Shown here in pieces: positions 18,563 to 28,233 of a stretch of DNA of 64,000 nucleotides. How positions within the stretch are numbered: the stretch's first letter is position 1; every line of letters begins with the position of its first letter. The DNA comes from an uncultured Gemmatimonadales bacterium. GTDB taxonomy: Bacteria; Gemmatimonadota; Gemmatimonadetes; Longimicrobiales; Longimicrobiaceae. Where the stretch lies: positions 2,624,001-2,688,000 of the forward strand of contig OY970303.1 in the NCBI GenBank assembly GCA_963716255.1, in the 5' to 3' direction. The position numbers and the translations under genes were made by a program. A model generated the notes under the pieces. It saw nothing but the letters and a program-made list of their open reading frames with translations, was not told where the DNA came from and did no database searches.

Positions 18563-18820
18563 ATGAGCCTGGAAGAACGGACGTTCCGGTCGGAGGACGG
18601 CAGGGCCTGGACGGTGTCGCTGGATGGGTCCGGGATCGACCTGGGCGCCGCGGTGGAGAACGCGGGGGGGATGCTCCCCACGGAGGCCGTCCGCATCGTC
18701 TTCCGCTCCGGCGAGGCGACGCTCAGCGAGGAATACACGGGACTGGCCGCCGTGGAGGACCTTTCCGACGGCGACCTGCGGGGCTGGTTCAAGGCGGCGC
18801 AGCGCGGGCGGGGGCTCTGA
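18563..18820 (+). CDS. Small hypothetical protein (85 aa)
   Basis: GGGGAG RBS; MSLEERTFRSEDGRAWTV...LSDGDLRGWF. Confidence 0.7.
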   Translation: MSLEERTFRSEDGRAWTVSLDGSGIDLGAAVENAGGMLPTEAVRIVFRSGEATLSEEYTGLAAVEDLSDGDLRGWFKAAQRGRGL

Positions 18821-18860
18821 GCTCCGCCCCGGACCCGGCGGGATCCACACGGAGGCGATC

Positions 18861-19412
18861 ATGGCGAGATACAGGTGCCCGGCGTGCCGGCGGCGGATCC
18901 CCGGCGATCATCGCTGCCATCGCTGCGGGTGGCTCCGCCTCGGCGAGGCGGACACCCCGCCGGTGGCGCCGCGGCCCTGGGGCCGCATGATGGCGGTGCT
19001 CACCATCGTCCTGGCGCTGGCCGCCGCGGGCGTGTACCGCACGAACGGCGCGGCCATCGCGGACTGGTACGCCGAGTTCGCGCTCAACAACCTCCCCGCC
19101 GGCTTCTCGTCCTTCGCGCCGGTGGACACGCCCTCCGGGGCGTTCACCGCCTGCGTGAGCCGCGTGGTCCGGAAGGTGAGCGACGCCTCCAGCGTGGAGA
19201 CCTTTCCCTCCTACTCCGCGGAAAACACCGTGGCGATGGGGGACGGGAGGTACAGCGTGCAGGCCGTGCTGGAGGGGGTGACGCTGGAGGGGGCGACGAT
19301 CCGGCGGCCGTTCAGCTGCGTGGTCCGCTTCCACGGCGGCCGCTGGGTGACGGAGAAGCTGGCCGTGGGCGACATGCCGGACCTGCTGCCCATCGCCGCG
19401 CTGCGGCTCTGA
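18861..19412 (+). CDS. Hypothetical membrane protein with an N-terminal zinc ribbon
   Basis: GGAGG RBS; CPAC..CHRC, then a TM helix and an extracytoplasmic domain with 2 Cys. Confidence 0.72.
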   Translation: MARYRCPACRRRIPGDHRCHRCGWLRLGEADTPPVAPRPWGRMMAVLTIVLALAAAGVYRTNGAAIADWYAEFALNNLPAGFSSFAPVDTPSGAFTACVSRVVRKVSDASSVETFPSYSAENTVAMGDGRYSVQAVLEGVTLEGATIRRPFSCVVRFHGGRWVTEKLAVGDMPDLLPIAALRL

Positions 19413-19506
19413 CCTCCGGTTCCCCTTGAAAGCCGGACCGCCCTCGCCGCAGCTGCGGCGAGGGCGTCTTCGTTACGGCTCCGGGATCAGTCTCGGCCTG
19501 CGAAAG

Positions 19507-20928
19507 CTACTCCACGTATGTCTCGAAGAACCCCGGCAGCCGCCCCACCACCCGGCCCCGCTCCTCCACCGTGGCCACGCCGCGCATCTGCACGAACCAG
19601 CGGCCGGCGGATGCGGGGCCCGTGTCCGTGACGTGCGCCGCCCGCACGTCGATCCTCACCCGCAGCCCCCGCCGCGCGTCCTCGAACTCCATGGCGCGGG
19701 GGACGCGAACCGCCCGCCCGTCCTCCGCCCGCACCGTCTGCATCATCGTGTAACGCAGCGGCCCCGGCCGGTACACGCCCCGCGCCCCCCGCCCGTCCAC
19801 CAGGTACGCGAACAGCCCCTGCGTGCCCGTGGAGTCGCCGCGCACCACCCCGTACAGCAGCGACAGCGCGCTGTCCGACGCCGATCCCCACTCCCAGGTG
19901 ACGTTCCGCCAGGTGCCCCAGTTGTGGTCGTGGTACGCCTGCGCGCCGCTCACGCGCTCGCAGCGCGGCGCGCACACTGTCCCCTCCGCGCGGGCGAAGA
20001 GCGCCGGCACCACGTATCCCGACACCAGCCCCTCGCCGCCCAGGTCCGTGGGCGGGAAGTAGCGGCGCGGCGCCGGCCGCACGCGCAGGTCCACCCGCGC
20101 GTCCCCCGCGGCGGCCACCACCCGGTAGTCGCCGCCCTCCAGCCGCACGAACGCGTCGTCCGCGAATCGCAGGTCGGGCGACGCCGTGTCGAAGCGCACC
20201 CCCTGCCGGAGGATGCGCTCCAGCGAGCGGTGCCGGCCGTCCCGCTCGCGGACGGTGACCAGCACCCGGCCGCCCCACCTCCCCGGCGTGTCCAGCCGCC
20301 CCGCCACCATCAGCGTCACGTACACCCAGCGGTCCGCGTCCAGCACCACGTTGAAGTAGTGCCACTCCGCCCAGGTGGAATCGCGCGCCGCCGCGCCGGT
20401 GGGGAGGTGGAAGCGGTCCATCTCCCGGGACAGCTCCGGCCGCGTGGGCGCCGTCCAGCGCCGGTCCGCCTCGCTGTCCACCCAGCGCCCCGCCGTGAGC
20501 GCCGGCGCCGCCCCCGCCATCCGCGCCCGGCTGGGCACCTCGCCCGATGCCACCGCCTTCCAGGTGCGCCCCCGCGCCGCGAGCTCCACCTGCTTGCCGT
20601 CCAGCACCGGGCTTCCCCCGAGGATCCCGAGCGCCTCCCGCCCCCGTTCCGACTCCAGGATCTCCCGCTGGATGAAGCGCGCGTGGTCCACCCCCAGGAA
20701 GAGCGAGGACACCCCGCCCGCCTTGAGCATCTCCGTGCTCACCCCTGCCGGCACCAGCACCACGTCGCCGCCGCCCACCAGCGCGCGGTCGCGGGCCTGC
20801 TCCAGCATCGCCTCGCCCACCGCAAGCAGCACCACCATCACCGCCACCCCCAGCGCGTAGCCGCCCAGGAGGAAGAGCGCCCGCCCCGGGCGGTGGCGGA
20901 GCTCCGCGATCGCCAGGCGGAGGATCAT
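19507..20928 (-). CDS. Fusion of a MacB/FtsX permease N-terminal half and an AttH/CrtC-like (lipocalin-like) domain
   Basis: N-terminal MILRLAIAELRHRPGRALF + TM; later WAEWHYFN and AYHDHNWG motifs. Confidence 0.7.
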   Translation of the reverse strand: MILRLAIAELRHRPGRALFLLGGYALGVAVMVVLLAVGEAMLEQARDRALVGGGDVVLVPAGVSTEMLKAGGVSSLFLGVDHARFIQREILESERGREALGILGGSPVLDGKQVELAARGRTWKAVASGEVPSRARMAGAAPALTAGRWVDSEADRRWTAPTRPELSREMDRFHLPTGAAARDSTWAEWHYFNVVLDADRWVYVTLMVAGRLDTPGRWGGRVLVTVRERDGRHRSLERILRQGVRFDTASPDLRFADDAFVRLEGGDYRVVAAAGDARVDLRVRPAPRRYFPPTDLGGEGLVSGYVVPALFARAEGTVCAPRCERVSGAQAYHDHNWGTWRNVTWEWGSASDSALSLLYGVVRGDSTGTQGLFAYLVDGRGARGVYRPGPLRYTMMQTVRAEDGRAVRVPRAMEFEDARRGLRVRIDVRAAHVTDTGPASAGRWFVQMRGVATVEERGRVVGRLPGFFETYVE

Positions 20929-21614
20929 GCGCCCGGCCGCCCGTCGGCCACCACGACGCCGTCCGCCATCTCCACCAGGCGGCCGGCGCGGCCGGCCACC
21001 GTGGCATCGTGCGTCACGATCACCATGCTGGTCCCGTCCGCGTTCAGCTTCCCGAAAAGCCCGATGATCTCTTCGCCGGTGCGGCGGTCCAGCTCCCCCG
21101 TGGGCTCGTCCGCGAAGAGAAGGCGCGGCCGGTTCGCCAGCGCCCGCGCGATCGCCACCCGCTGCTGCTCGCCGCCGGAAAGGTGCGGCGGCCGGTGCCC
21201 CGCCCGGTGCGCCAGCCCCACGTACTCCAGCAGCTCGCGGGCGCGGGCGCGGCGCTCCGCCCGGGGCATGCCCGCCTCCGCCATGGGAAACTCCACGTTC
21301 TCGGTCGCCGTGAGCACCGCCAGCAGGTGGAAGCGCTGGAAGATGAAGCCCACCTCGCGCAGCCGCAGCTTCGACCGGGCCCCTTCGTCCAGCGCGCCCA
21401 GCTCGCGGCCCAGCAGGCGCACCGTCCCCGCGGTGGGCGGGTCGATGCCGGCCAGCACGTTGAGCAGCGAGCTCTTGCCGCACCCGGAGGGCCCCACGAT
21501 CGCCACCATCTCGCCGGCCTCCACGTCCAGGTCCACGCCCCGCAGCGCGTGCACGGCGTCGCCCTGGTAGGGGTATTCCTTGACGATCCCCCGCGCCTCG
21601 ATCACACGGCTCAT
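20925..21614 (-). CDS. ABC transporter ATP-binding protein (LolD/MacB type)
   Basis: GPSGCGKS, LSGGEQQRVAIARAL, DEPTG, VTHD. Confidence 0.95.
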   Translation of the reverse strand: MSRVIEARGIVKEYPYQGDAVHALRGVDLDVEAGEMVAIVGPSGCGKSSLLNVLAGIDPPTAGTVRLLGRELGALDEGARSKLRLREVGFIFQRFHLLAVLTATENVEFPMAEAGMPRAERRARARELLEYVGLAHRAGHRPPHLSGGEQQRVAIARALANRPRLLFADEPTGELDRRTGEEIIGLFGKLNADGTSMVIVTHDATVAGRAGRLVEMADGVVVADGRPGA

Positions 21615-21711
21615 GCGTCGTTTGTCATTCGAGCGATTCCGCTGGTTCTGCGTGTGGGGCCGCTCCGGAGCCGGACGATACAGCCGTCCGTCTCCCTCCG
21701 CGACATCATGT

Positions 21712-21866
21712 GGGAACGGCAGGGAACGGCGGCCCCCTCCCCCCGGCCCTCTCCCAGAATTGGGAGAGGGTGGCGAGCCTCAAGCGAGCCGGGTGAGGGC
21801 CGTGGTGGCGCTTCACGCTGCGCGTGAACCGAATGAAGCAGGCTGTTCCCTGTTCCCTGCCGTTCC
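21712..21866. repeat. Composite REP-like cluster inside the ABC operon
   Basis: gggaacggcagggaacggc, ccctctcccagaattgggagaggg, GGTGGCGAGCC module, TTCACGC hairpin, ctgttccctgttccctg. Confidence 0.8.
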
Positions 21867-23045
21867 TCACTCCGCCTCCTCGCGCAGCGCCTGCCCCAGC
21901 GGCGCGCGCACCGCGCCCCAACCGGGCAGGCATCCCGCGACGGCGCCCACCAGGATCACCGTCCCCAGCGCCAGCGCCACCCTCCCCGGGCGGAAGACGA
22001 AGAACGTCACCCCGGCGGGGAGGCCGGGAAAGGCAAGGAGGATGCGGTCCAGTCGCTCCGCCATCCACAGCCCCAGCGGCAGCCCCAGCGCGCAGCCGAT
22101 GCCCGCGAGCACCAGGCCCTCCACCACCACCCCCAGCAGGATCCGCCCGCGCGCCACCCCCATCGCCCGCAGCGTTGCGATCTCGCCGAAGCGCTCCCGC
22201 ACCCCGATGGTGATGATGGTGGCCACCAGCAGCGCGGTGACCACCAGCGCCACGCTCCCCAGGATGGTGGCGAGCTGGCGGAAGTAGGTGAGGCGGCGGC
22301 TGGTCTCCGCGATCAGCTCCGCCGTGGAGTACACCGACACCGTGGGCACCACCCGCCCGATCCGCTCCGCCAGCGCCGTCGCGTCGGTCCCCTCCGCCGC
22401 CGCCACCCCGAAGAGCGACACCTGGTCCGCGCGGTCCGTCGCCGCCTGCACCTCGCCCAGCGGGAGCGCCGCCGAGCGCTGGTCCGCGTAGTCGTAGATG
22501 AAGTCCGCCACCGCGCTCACCCGGTACGCGCGCGTTCCCCGCGGGCGGCCCAGCGACACGTCCAGCTGCGGCGCCAGGAGCAGCGTGCTCCCCGGGCGCA
22601 GCCCCTCCTGCCGGGCGAGCGGGGCGCTCACCACCGCCTCCCCCGCCCCGGGAGGGCGGCCGTCGGTGATGCGGTACAGCATCTCCGCGCGGGGGTCCGT
22701 CCCGGTGACGAACACCGGCTCCCCCGCGCTGTCGCCGCGCAGCGGGTAGAACTGCGCACCCAGCACCGGCGCCACCCCGGCCACTCCCGGCACCCCCGCG
22801 ATCCGCCGCGCCACCGAGCCCGCGTCGCGGATGGTGGCCTCGCTGTCGAAGGGGAGGATCCCGCGCGGCGTCACCCGCAGCGCGTAGCCCCGCGCGCCCA
22901 GCAGCTCGCCGAACGAGTCGGTGAGCCCCGAGGCTAGCATGGTCATGTCCAGCAGCAGCGCCGCCGAGATCCCGATCCCCGCCAGCGCCAGCGCCGTCCG
23001 GCTGCGGCGGCGGAAGAGCGCGCGCAGCGACGAGGAAACGATCAT
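21867..23045 (-). CDS. ABC transporter permease (full-length MacB/FtsX type)
   Basis: TM1, periplasmic domain, VRERFGEIATLRAMG and 3 C-terminal TMs. Confidence 0.9.
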   Translation of the reverse strand: MIVSSSLRALFRRRSRTALALAGIGISAALLLDMTMLASGLTDSFGELLGARGYALRVTPRGILPFDSEATIRDAGSVARRIAGVPGVAGVAPVLGAQFYPLRGDSAGEPVFVTGTDPRAEMLYRITDGRPPGAGEAVVSAPLARQEGLRPGSTLLLAPQLDVSLGRPRGTRAYRVSAVADFIYDYADQRSAALPLGEVQAATDRADQVSLFGVAAAEGTDATALAERIGRVVPTVSVYSTAELIAETSRRLTYFRQLATILGSVALVVTALLVATIITIGVRERFGEIATLRAMGVARGRILLGVVVEGLVLAGIGCALGLPLGLWMAERLDRILLAFPGLPAGVTFFVFRPGRVALALGTVILVGAVAGCLPGWGAVRAPLGQALREEAE

Positions 23046-23854
23046 CCGCGCTCACCCAGGCGTTGCGGCGGCACGTTCACCACACGCCACGCCGCCGCCG
23101 CCCCGGCCGCCGCGCCCAGCCCCAGCCCGAGAAGCGCCGCCAGCAGCACGATGCGCGGCGTCACCAGCGCGAAGCGCAGCGTGGTGTCGTAGTAGACCGC
23201 GTAGTAGGCGTTCACCACCTTCGAGATCAGCACGCCGAGCCCCGCCCCCGCCGCGCTCCCCAGCAGCGCGATCCCAATCGCCTCCAGCACGATGGAGCGG
23301 AACACCGTCCCGCGCGACACGCCCACCAGGCGCAGCATCCCCATGTCACGCCTGCGCTCGTCCACGCGGATGATCATCACGCACAGCAGGAAGATGGCGC
23401 TCGCCAGGATGGTGACGATGCCGATGGCGCGGTGGAAGCGCGACACCACCCGGAAGGTGGCGCTGGTCTGCTCCGCCAGCGCCGCGCTCCCGAAGGCCCG
23501 CGTGCCGAACGCCAGTCCCTCCACCCAGCGCGCCGCCGAGTCCGGCGAGGCGCCGGGGGCCAGCACGATGGCGAAGCGGTCCACCCGGTCGGGCGCGCCC
23601 AGCACCTCGGCCAGGTCGGGGAGGTGGAAACGCACCTCGAACTCGTTGCGGGCAATGCGGTTGGGATCCGCGGCGCGCTCGAACACCCCCGCCACCACGA
23701 ACGGGCGCGGCGCGGCGTCGCTCGCCAGGGCGCGCACGGCGACCGTGTCGCCCGGGGAGAGGGGGACGCTCTCTGCCAGGCGGCGCTCCACCAGGATCCC
23801 CGGCGCCGGCACCTGGAGCGCCGCCGCGAGGGCGAGAACCGAAAGCATGCTCAT
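23042..23854 (-). CDS. N-terminally short FtsX-type permease (C-terminal half)
   Basis: VDERRRDMGMLRLVG FtsX motif; lacks TM1 and the first part of the periplasmic domain; short hydrophobic N-terminus. Confidence 0.8.
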   Translation of the reverse strand: MSMLSVLALAAALQVPAPGILVERRLAESVPLSPGDTVAVRALASDAAPRPFVVAGVFERAADPNRIARNEFEVRFHLPDLAEVLGAPDRVDRFAIVLAPGASPDSAARWVEGLAFGTRAFGSAALAEQTSATFRVVSRFHRAIGIVTILASAIFLLCVMIIRVDERRRDMGMLRLVGVSRGTVFRSIVLEAIGIALLGSAAGAGLGVLISKVVNAYYAVYYDTTLRFALVTPRIVLLAALLGLGLGAAAGAAAAWRVVNVPPQRLGERG

Positions 23855-24107
23855 GGGCGGCGTGATGGTACGCGTGCGCCGCGCCGGCGTGCAGCGCGCC
23901 GCGGCAGAGGCCCCGAGCTGCATGCACGAGCCGGTCCAGCCCCCAGGTACGCAGCCGTGGACGGATCCCCGAACAGAATCCGAATATCCGCAATCTTTCC
24001 GGGCGAGACCACCTGTTTTCTGGACGGGCGGATCGCCCGCAGGCGGCTGGGCGACAGGGGATCCGCCGGGGCTCGCTCCTGAGCTTTTTCCGGATCATCC
24101 GTTTTCT

Positions 24108-24129
24108 TCGTTCAGAATTGACTGAACGA
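24108..24129. promoter_or_regulatory. Inverted-repeat operator upstream of the GbsR-like gene
   Basis: TCGTTCAG-AATTGA-CTGAACGA. Confidence 0.65.
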
Positions 24130-24177
24130 TCTTAACGCGTTATCTTCCCGGGTCTTGGAAGCACCCGAACCGGAGCG

Positions 24178-24678
24178 ATGATGCACCCAGCCGTCCAGCA
24201 GTTCGTCGAGCGAATGGGGCTGATGATGGAGGCCGACGGGCTCCCGCGCAGCGCGGGGCGCATCTTCGGCTTCCTGCTCCTGGCGGAGACCCCGTTCTCG
24301 CTGGACGAGATGGCGGAAAAGCTCCAGGTGAGCAAGGCCTCGGTGAGTACCAACGCGCGGCTCCTGGAGCAGGCGGGGCTGCTGGAGCGCAGCGGCGCCC
24401 CCGGCGACCGGCGCGACTTCTACCGCATGCGGCCGGACGCGTGGGAGCAGATGCTCCGGGTGGCGCACCGGCGCTGGGAAAGCATGCAGGCCGCGCTCGC
24501 CGAGGGCGAGGCCTCGCTCCCCGAGGAGATGACGGTGGCGCGCGGCCGCCTGGCCGAGGCGGGCCGCTTCCACGAGTTCCTGCTGGGCGAGGGCGGCACC
24601 CTCCTGGCCCGCTGGCGCGCCGGGGAAGCCGCGGCCGCGCCCGGGGCCGGGGCCGGGGCCGGACGCCGGGCTTCCTGA
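24178..24678 (+). CDS. GbsR/MarR family regulator
   Basis: FVERMG..GLPRSAGRIFGFLL..LQVSKASVSTNARLL..GDRRDFY. Confidence 0.9.
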   Translation: MMHPAVQQFVERMGLMMEADGLPRSAGRIFGFLLLAETPFSLDEMAEKLQVSKASVSTNARLLEQAGLLERSGAPGDRRDFYRMRPDAWEQMLRVAHRRWESMQAALAEGEASLPEEMTVARGRLAEAGRFHEFLLGEGGTLLARWRAGEAAAAPGAGAGAGRRAS

Positions 24679-24704
24679 AGGCGGAGGGCGGGAGCTGGGT
24701 AGAA

Positions 24705-24726
24705 TGCAAGCAAGCGCTTGCTTGCA
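24705..24726. promoter_or_regulatory. Perfect 22-bp palindrome, probable TetR operator
   Basis: TGCAAGCAAGCGCTTGCTTGCA, 26 nt upstream of tetR. Confidence 0.75.
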
Positions 24727-24752
24727 GCGCGGGCGGGGGATAGATTCGGCGC

Positions 24753-25373
24753 ATGGACGTACGAGACAAGCTTCTGAGCGCGGCGCTGCGGGTCTTCGAG
24801 GAGAGCGGGTCCCGCGGAGCCACCACCCGGCGGATCGCCAGCGAGGCCGGCGTCAACGAGGTCACGCTGTTCCGCCACTTCGGCTCCAAGAGCGCCCTGC
24901 TGAGCGAGGCGCTCCAGGCCGCGGCCCGGCAGAACCTGGTGACCGGGCTCCCCGCAGAGCCGCGCGACCCGGAGTGCGAGCTGACCCGGTGGTGCCGGAC
25001 GCACCTGGCCCACCTGTACGGCGCCCGCTCCATGATCCGCACCTGCATGGGCGAGTTCGAGCAGGACCCGGAGATCGCCGGGTGCGCGTCGGCGACCCCG
25101 GCGCGCGTCTCCGACGAGCTGCACGGCTACCTGCTGCGGCTGCGGGAGCGCGGCATGGCCGCCGGCGACTTCGACGCGCGCGCCGCCGCCTCCATGCTGA
25201 TGGGCGCGCTGTTCACCGACGCCATGGGGCGCGACATGATGCCCGAGAAGTACGGCTACTCCGCCGAGGAAGCGCCGGCCAAGTACGTGACGCTCTTCCT
25301 GCGGGCCATCGGCGCGAAGCCGGCCCGCGGCGCGGTCCCGGAGGGGGAAGCGGCACCCGCCGGGGACGCATGA
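24753..25373 (+). CDS. TetR/AcrR family regulator
   Basis: GATTRRIASEAGVNEVTLFRHFGSK HTH. Confidence 0.93.
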   Translation: MDVRDKLLSAALRVFEESGSRGATTRRIASEAGVNEVTLFRHFGSKSALLSEALQAAARQNLVTGLPAEPRDPECELTRWCRTHLAHLYGARSMIRTCMGEFEQDPEIAGCASATPARVSDELHGYLLRLRERGMAAGDFDARAAASMLMGALFTDAMGRDMMPEKYGYSAEEAPAKYVTLFLRAIGAKPARGAVPEGEAAPAGDA

Positions 25374-25417
25374 GGGGGGAAGTTTCGCAGGGGACCTTTC
25401 GCCAAACGCCAGGATCG

Positions 25418-27043
25418 ATGACCCGATACGCAGGGACGTGGACGTGGGGCCGCGGGGTGGCCGTCTCGGTGATCGCCCTCGCGCTGGCCGCGGCGGGCGC
25501 GGCGGCGCAGACGCCGCAGCCCAGGCCGCTCTCGCTGGAGGAGGCGCTGCGGCTCTCCTCCTCCACCAGCGAGCAGGTGGAGATCGCCCGCGCCGGGATC
25601 ACCCGGGCGCGGGGAAGCCTGCTGCAGGCGCGCTCCGCCGCGCTGCCGCAGCTGAACGGCACGGCATCGTACTCGCGGGCGCTCGCCAGCCAGTTCGAGG
25701 GACTGAGCGGAGGCGGCGCGGACAGCACCGTCACGCCGCCCTACTGCGTGGGCGAGTTCGCGCCCGACCCCGCGCTGCCCGTGGAGCAGCGGCTGCTGCA
25801 GGTGGAGCAGCGGCTCACCTGCCCCGGCGGCGGCCTGGGGGGGATCGACTTCAGCAACATCGGCTTCGGCGCCGAGAACACCTACAACGCGGGGCTCAAC
25901 CTCGCCTGGAACGTGTTCAGCGGCGGGCGCAACCAGGCGCTCACGCGGGTGGCGCGCGCCGGGCGCGAGGTGGCCGAGATCTCCCTGGGCTCGGCCGAGG
26001 CGCAGACCCAGCTGGACGTGACGCAGGCGTACTTCGACGCCCGCCTGTCCGACCAGCTCCTGCAGATCGCCGAGGCCACCCTGGCGCAGTCGGACGAGAC
26101 GCTCCGGCTCACCGAGCTGGGCGCGCGCGTGGGGCAGCAGGCCGAGTTCGACGTGCTGCGCGCCCGCGTGGCCCGCGACAACCAGCGGCCCGCGGTGATC
26201 CAGCGGCGCTCCGCGCGCGACCTGGCGTACGACCGGCTGCGCACCCTGCTCGACATCCCCCAGGGGCAGCCGCTGGAGCTGACCACCCCGCTGGACGGGG
26301 GCACCCCGCCGGTGGAGACGCCCGACAGCGCGTCCGGCCGCGCGCCGGTGCGGCAGGCCGAGCAGCAGGTGGCGGTGCAGCGGGCGCAGCTCGCCATCGC
26401 CCGGTCGCAGCGGCTCCCCAGCATCAGCCTGACGTCGCAGTACGGGCAGGTGGCCTTCGCCCGCAACCTGTTCCCGGAGCTGAACAGCTTCCGCGACAAC
26501 TGGACGGTGGGCGCCGCGCTGCAGATCCCCGTCTTCACCGGCGGCCGCATCCGCGGCGAGGTGCTCTCGGCCGAGGCCAACGTGGTGGAGGCCCGCGCGC
26601 AGCTGGACCAGGTTCGCGAGCTGGCCGAGCTGGACACCCGCAGCGCCTACTCGCAGCTGGAGGCCGCGCGCGCCACCTGGGAGGCCAGCTCGGGGACGGT
26701 GGAGCAGGCCGAGCGGGCGTACGCGATCGCCGAGATCCGCTTCCGCGAGGGGATCTCCACCCAGATCGAGCTGACGGACGCGCGCATCCTGCTGGAGCAG
26801 GCGCGCACCAACCGGGCCTCCGCCGCGCGCGACCTGCAGGTGGCGCGGGTGCGGGTCGCCCTTCTCCCCTACCTCCCGCTCTCCGCGGCGGGCGCGAGCA
26901 CCCAGGCGCAGGGCACCGGGTCCACCTCCGGCTTCTCGCAGACGCAGTCGCAGACGGGCGCGGGGCAGGCCTCGCGGCAGGGCGCCCAGGGCGGGACGGG
27001 CGCGCAGCAGGGCACCAGCGGCATTCCCGGGCAGAGCTTCTGA
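25418..27043 (+). CDS. TolC family outer-membrane efflux protein
   Basis: Signal peptide, LSLEEAL, two OEP repeats, RFREGISTQIELTDA; start could be 25370. Confidence 0.9.
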   Translation: MTRYAGTWTWGRGVAVSVIALALAAAGAAAQTPQPRPLSLEEALRLSSSTSEQVEIARAGITRARGSLLQARSAALPQLNGTASYSRALASQFEGLSGGGADSTVTPPYCVGEFAPDPALPVEQRLLQVEQRLTCPGGGLGGIDFSNIGFGAENTYNAGLNLAWNVFSGGRNQALTRVARAGREVAEISLGSAEAQTQLDVTQAYFDARLSDQLLQIAEATLAQSDETLRLTELGARVGQQAEFDVLRARVARDNQRPAVIQRRSARDLAYDRLRTLLDIPQGQPLELTTPLDGGTPPVETPDSASGRAPVRQAEQQVAVQRAQLAIARSQRLPSISLTSQYGQVAFARNLFPELNSFRDNWTVGAALQIPVFTGGRIRGEVLSAEANVVEARAQLDQVRELAELDTRSAYSQLEAARATWEASSGTVEQAERAYAIAEIRFREGISTQIELTDARILLEQARTNRASAARDLQVARVRVALLPYLPLSAAGASTQAQGTGSTSGFSQTQSQTGAGQASRQGAQGGTGAQQGTSGIPGQSF

Positions 27044-27084
27044 GCAAGCGGCCGGCAACCACGACGAGCGTGAGGAACAGAGCG

Positions 27085-28224
27085 ATGATGGATCGTGCGA
27101 AGAAGGGCCTCCGCAGGAGCCTGCAGGGTGCCGGGCTGGCGGCGGCCACGCTCCTGGCCGCGTGCGGCGGGGAGAGCGACGCCGCGGCCCCCCGGGAGGC
27201 GGCGGTGGTGAACATCGGCCCGGAGAACGTGCTGGTGGTGCAGATGGACGAGCTGCGCAGCGGCCCCACCATCTCCGGGAACCTCAAGGCGGAGCGCGAG
27301 TCCACCGTGCGCGCCGAGATCGGCGGCTCCGTGCTCCAGGTCATGGCCGAGCAGGGCCAGGCGGTGTCGCGCGGGCAGGTGCTGGCCCGGGTGGACGACG
27401 CGGCGCTGCGCGACGCGATGATCTCGGCGCAGTCCATGGTGCGCTCGGCGAGCAACGCGGCGCAGGTGGCCGGCCGCGACGTGGAGCGCACCACGCGCCT
27501 GACGCAGGCCGGGGCGATCGCCCAGCGCGACCTGGACAACGCCCGCAACGCCCAGGTGGCCGCGCAGGCGCAGCTCGCCGACGCGCGCGCCCGGCTCAGC
27601 CAGGCGCAGGAGCAGCAGGGCAAGACGATCATCCGCTCCCCCATCTCCGGGGTGGTGAGCGACCGCCCCGTGAACGCGGGCGACGTGGTGTCGCCGGGGG
27701 GCGCGCTCTTCACCATCGTGGACCCGGGGAGCATGCAGCTGGAGGCCGCGGTGCCGGCGGCGGACCTGGGGCAGCTGCGGGTGGGGGCGCCGGTGCGATT
27801 CACCGTGAGCGGCTACCCCGGCCGGGCCTTCACCGGCAAGGTGCAGCGCATCAACCCCGCGGCAGACCCGGCCACGGGCCAGGTCCCGGTCTTCATCTCC
27901 ATCCCCAACGCCGACGGCAGGCTGGTGGGCGGGCTGTTCGCCGAGGGGCGCGTCGCCACGCAGGAGCGGCAAGCGCTGCTGATCCCCGCCACCTCGGTGG
28001 ACCAGCAGGCGGGCTCGCCCTCGGTGCTGCGCCTGCGCGCCGGCCGGGTGGAGCGGGTGCCGGTGCGCCTGGGCGACACCGACTCGGAGACGGAGCGGGT
28101 GGAGGTCGTCGCCGGGCTGGCCGCGGGGGACACCATCCTCACCGGGGCCGCCGTGGGAACCACGCCGGGCACGCAGGTCCGCGTCGGGCGCCCGGCGCCC
28201 GCCGCGGCGCCGGCGGCACGCTAG
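27085..28224 (+). CDS. RND efflux periplasmic adaptor (lipoprotein)
   Basis: Lipobox LAAC, VRAEIGGSV, IRSPISGVV, GKVQRINPAADPAT. Confidence 0.92.
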   Translation: MMDRAKKGLRRSLQGAGLAAATLLAACGGESDAAAPREAAVVNIGPENVLVVQMDELRSGPTISGNLKAERESTVRAEIGGSVLQVMAEQGQAVSRGQVLARVDDAALRDAMISAQSMVRSASNAAQVAGRDVERTTRLTQAGAIAQRDLDNARNAQVAAQAQLADARARLSQAQEQQGKTIIRSPISGVVSDRPVNAGDVVSPGGALFTIVDPGSMQLEAAVPAADLGQLRVGAPVRFTVSGYPGRAFTGKVQRINPAADPATGQVPVFISIPNADGRLVGGLFAEGRVATQERQALLIPATSVDQQAGSPSVLRLRAGRVERVPVRLGDTDSETERVEVVAGLAAGDTILTGAAVGTTPGTQVRVGRPAPAAAPAAR

Positions 28225-28233
28225 GAGGGAGCG

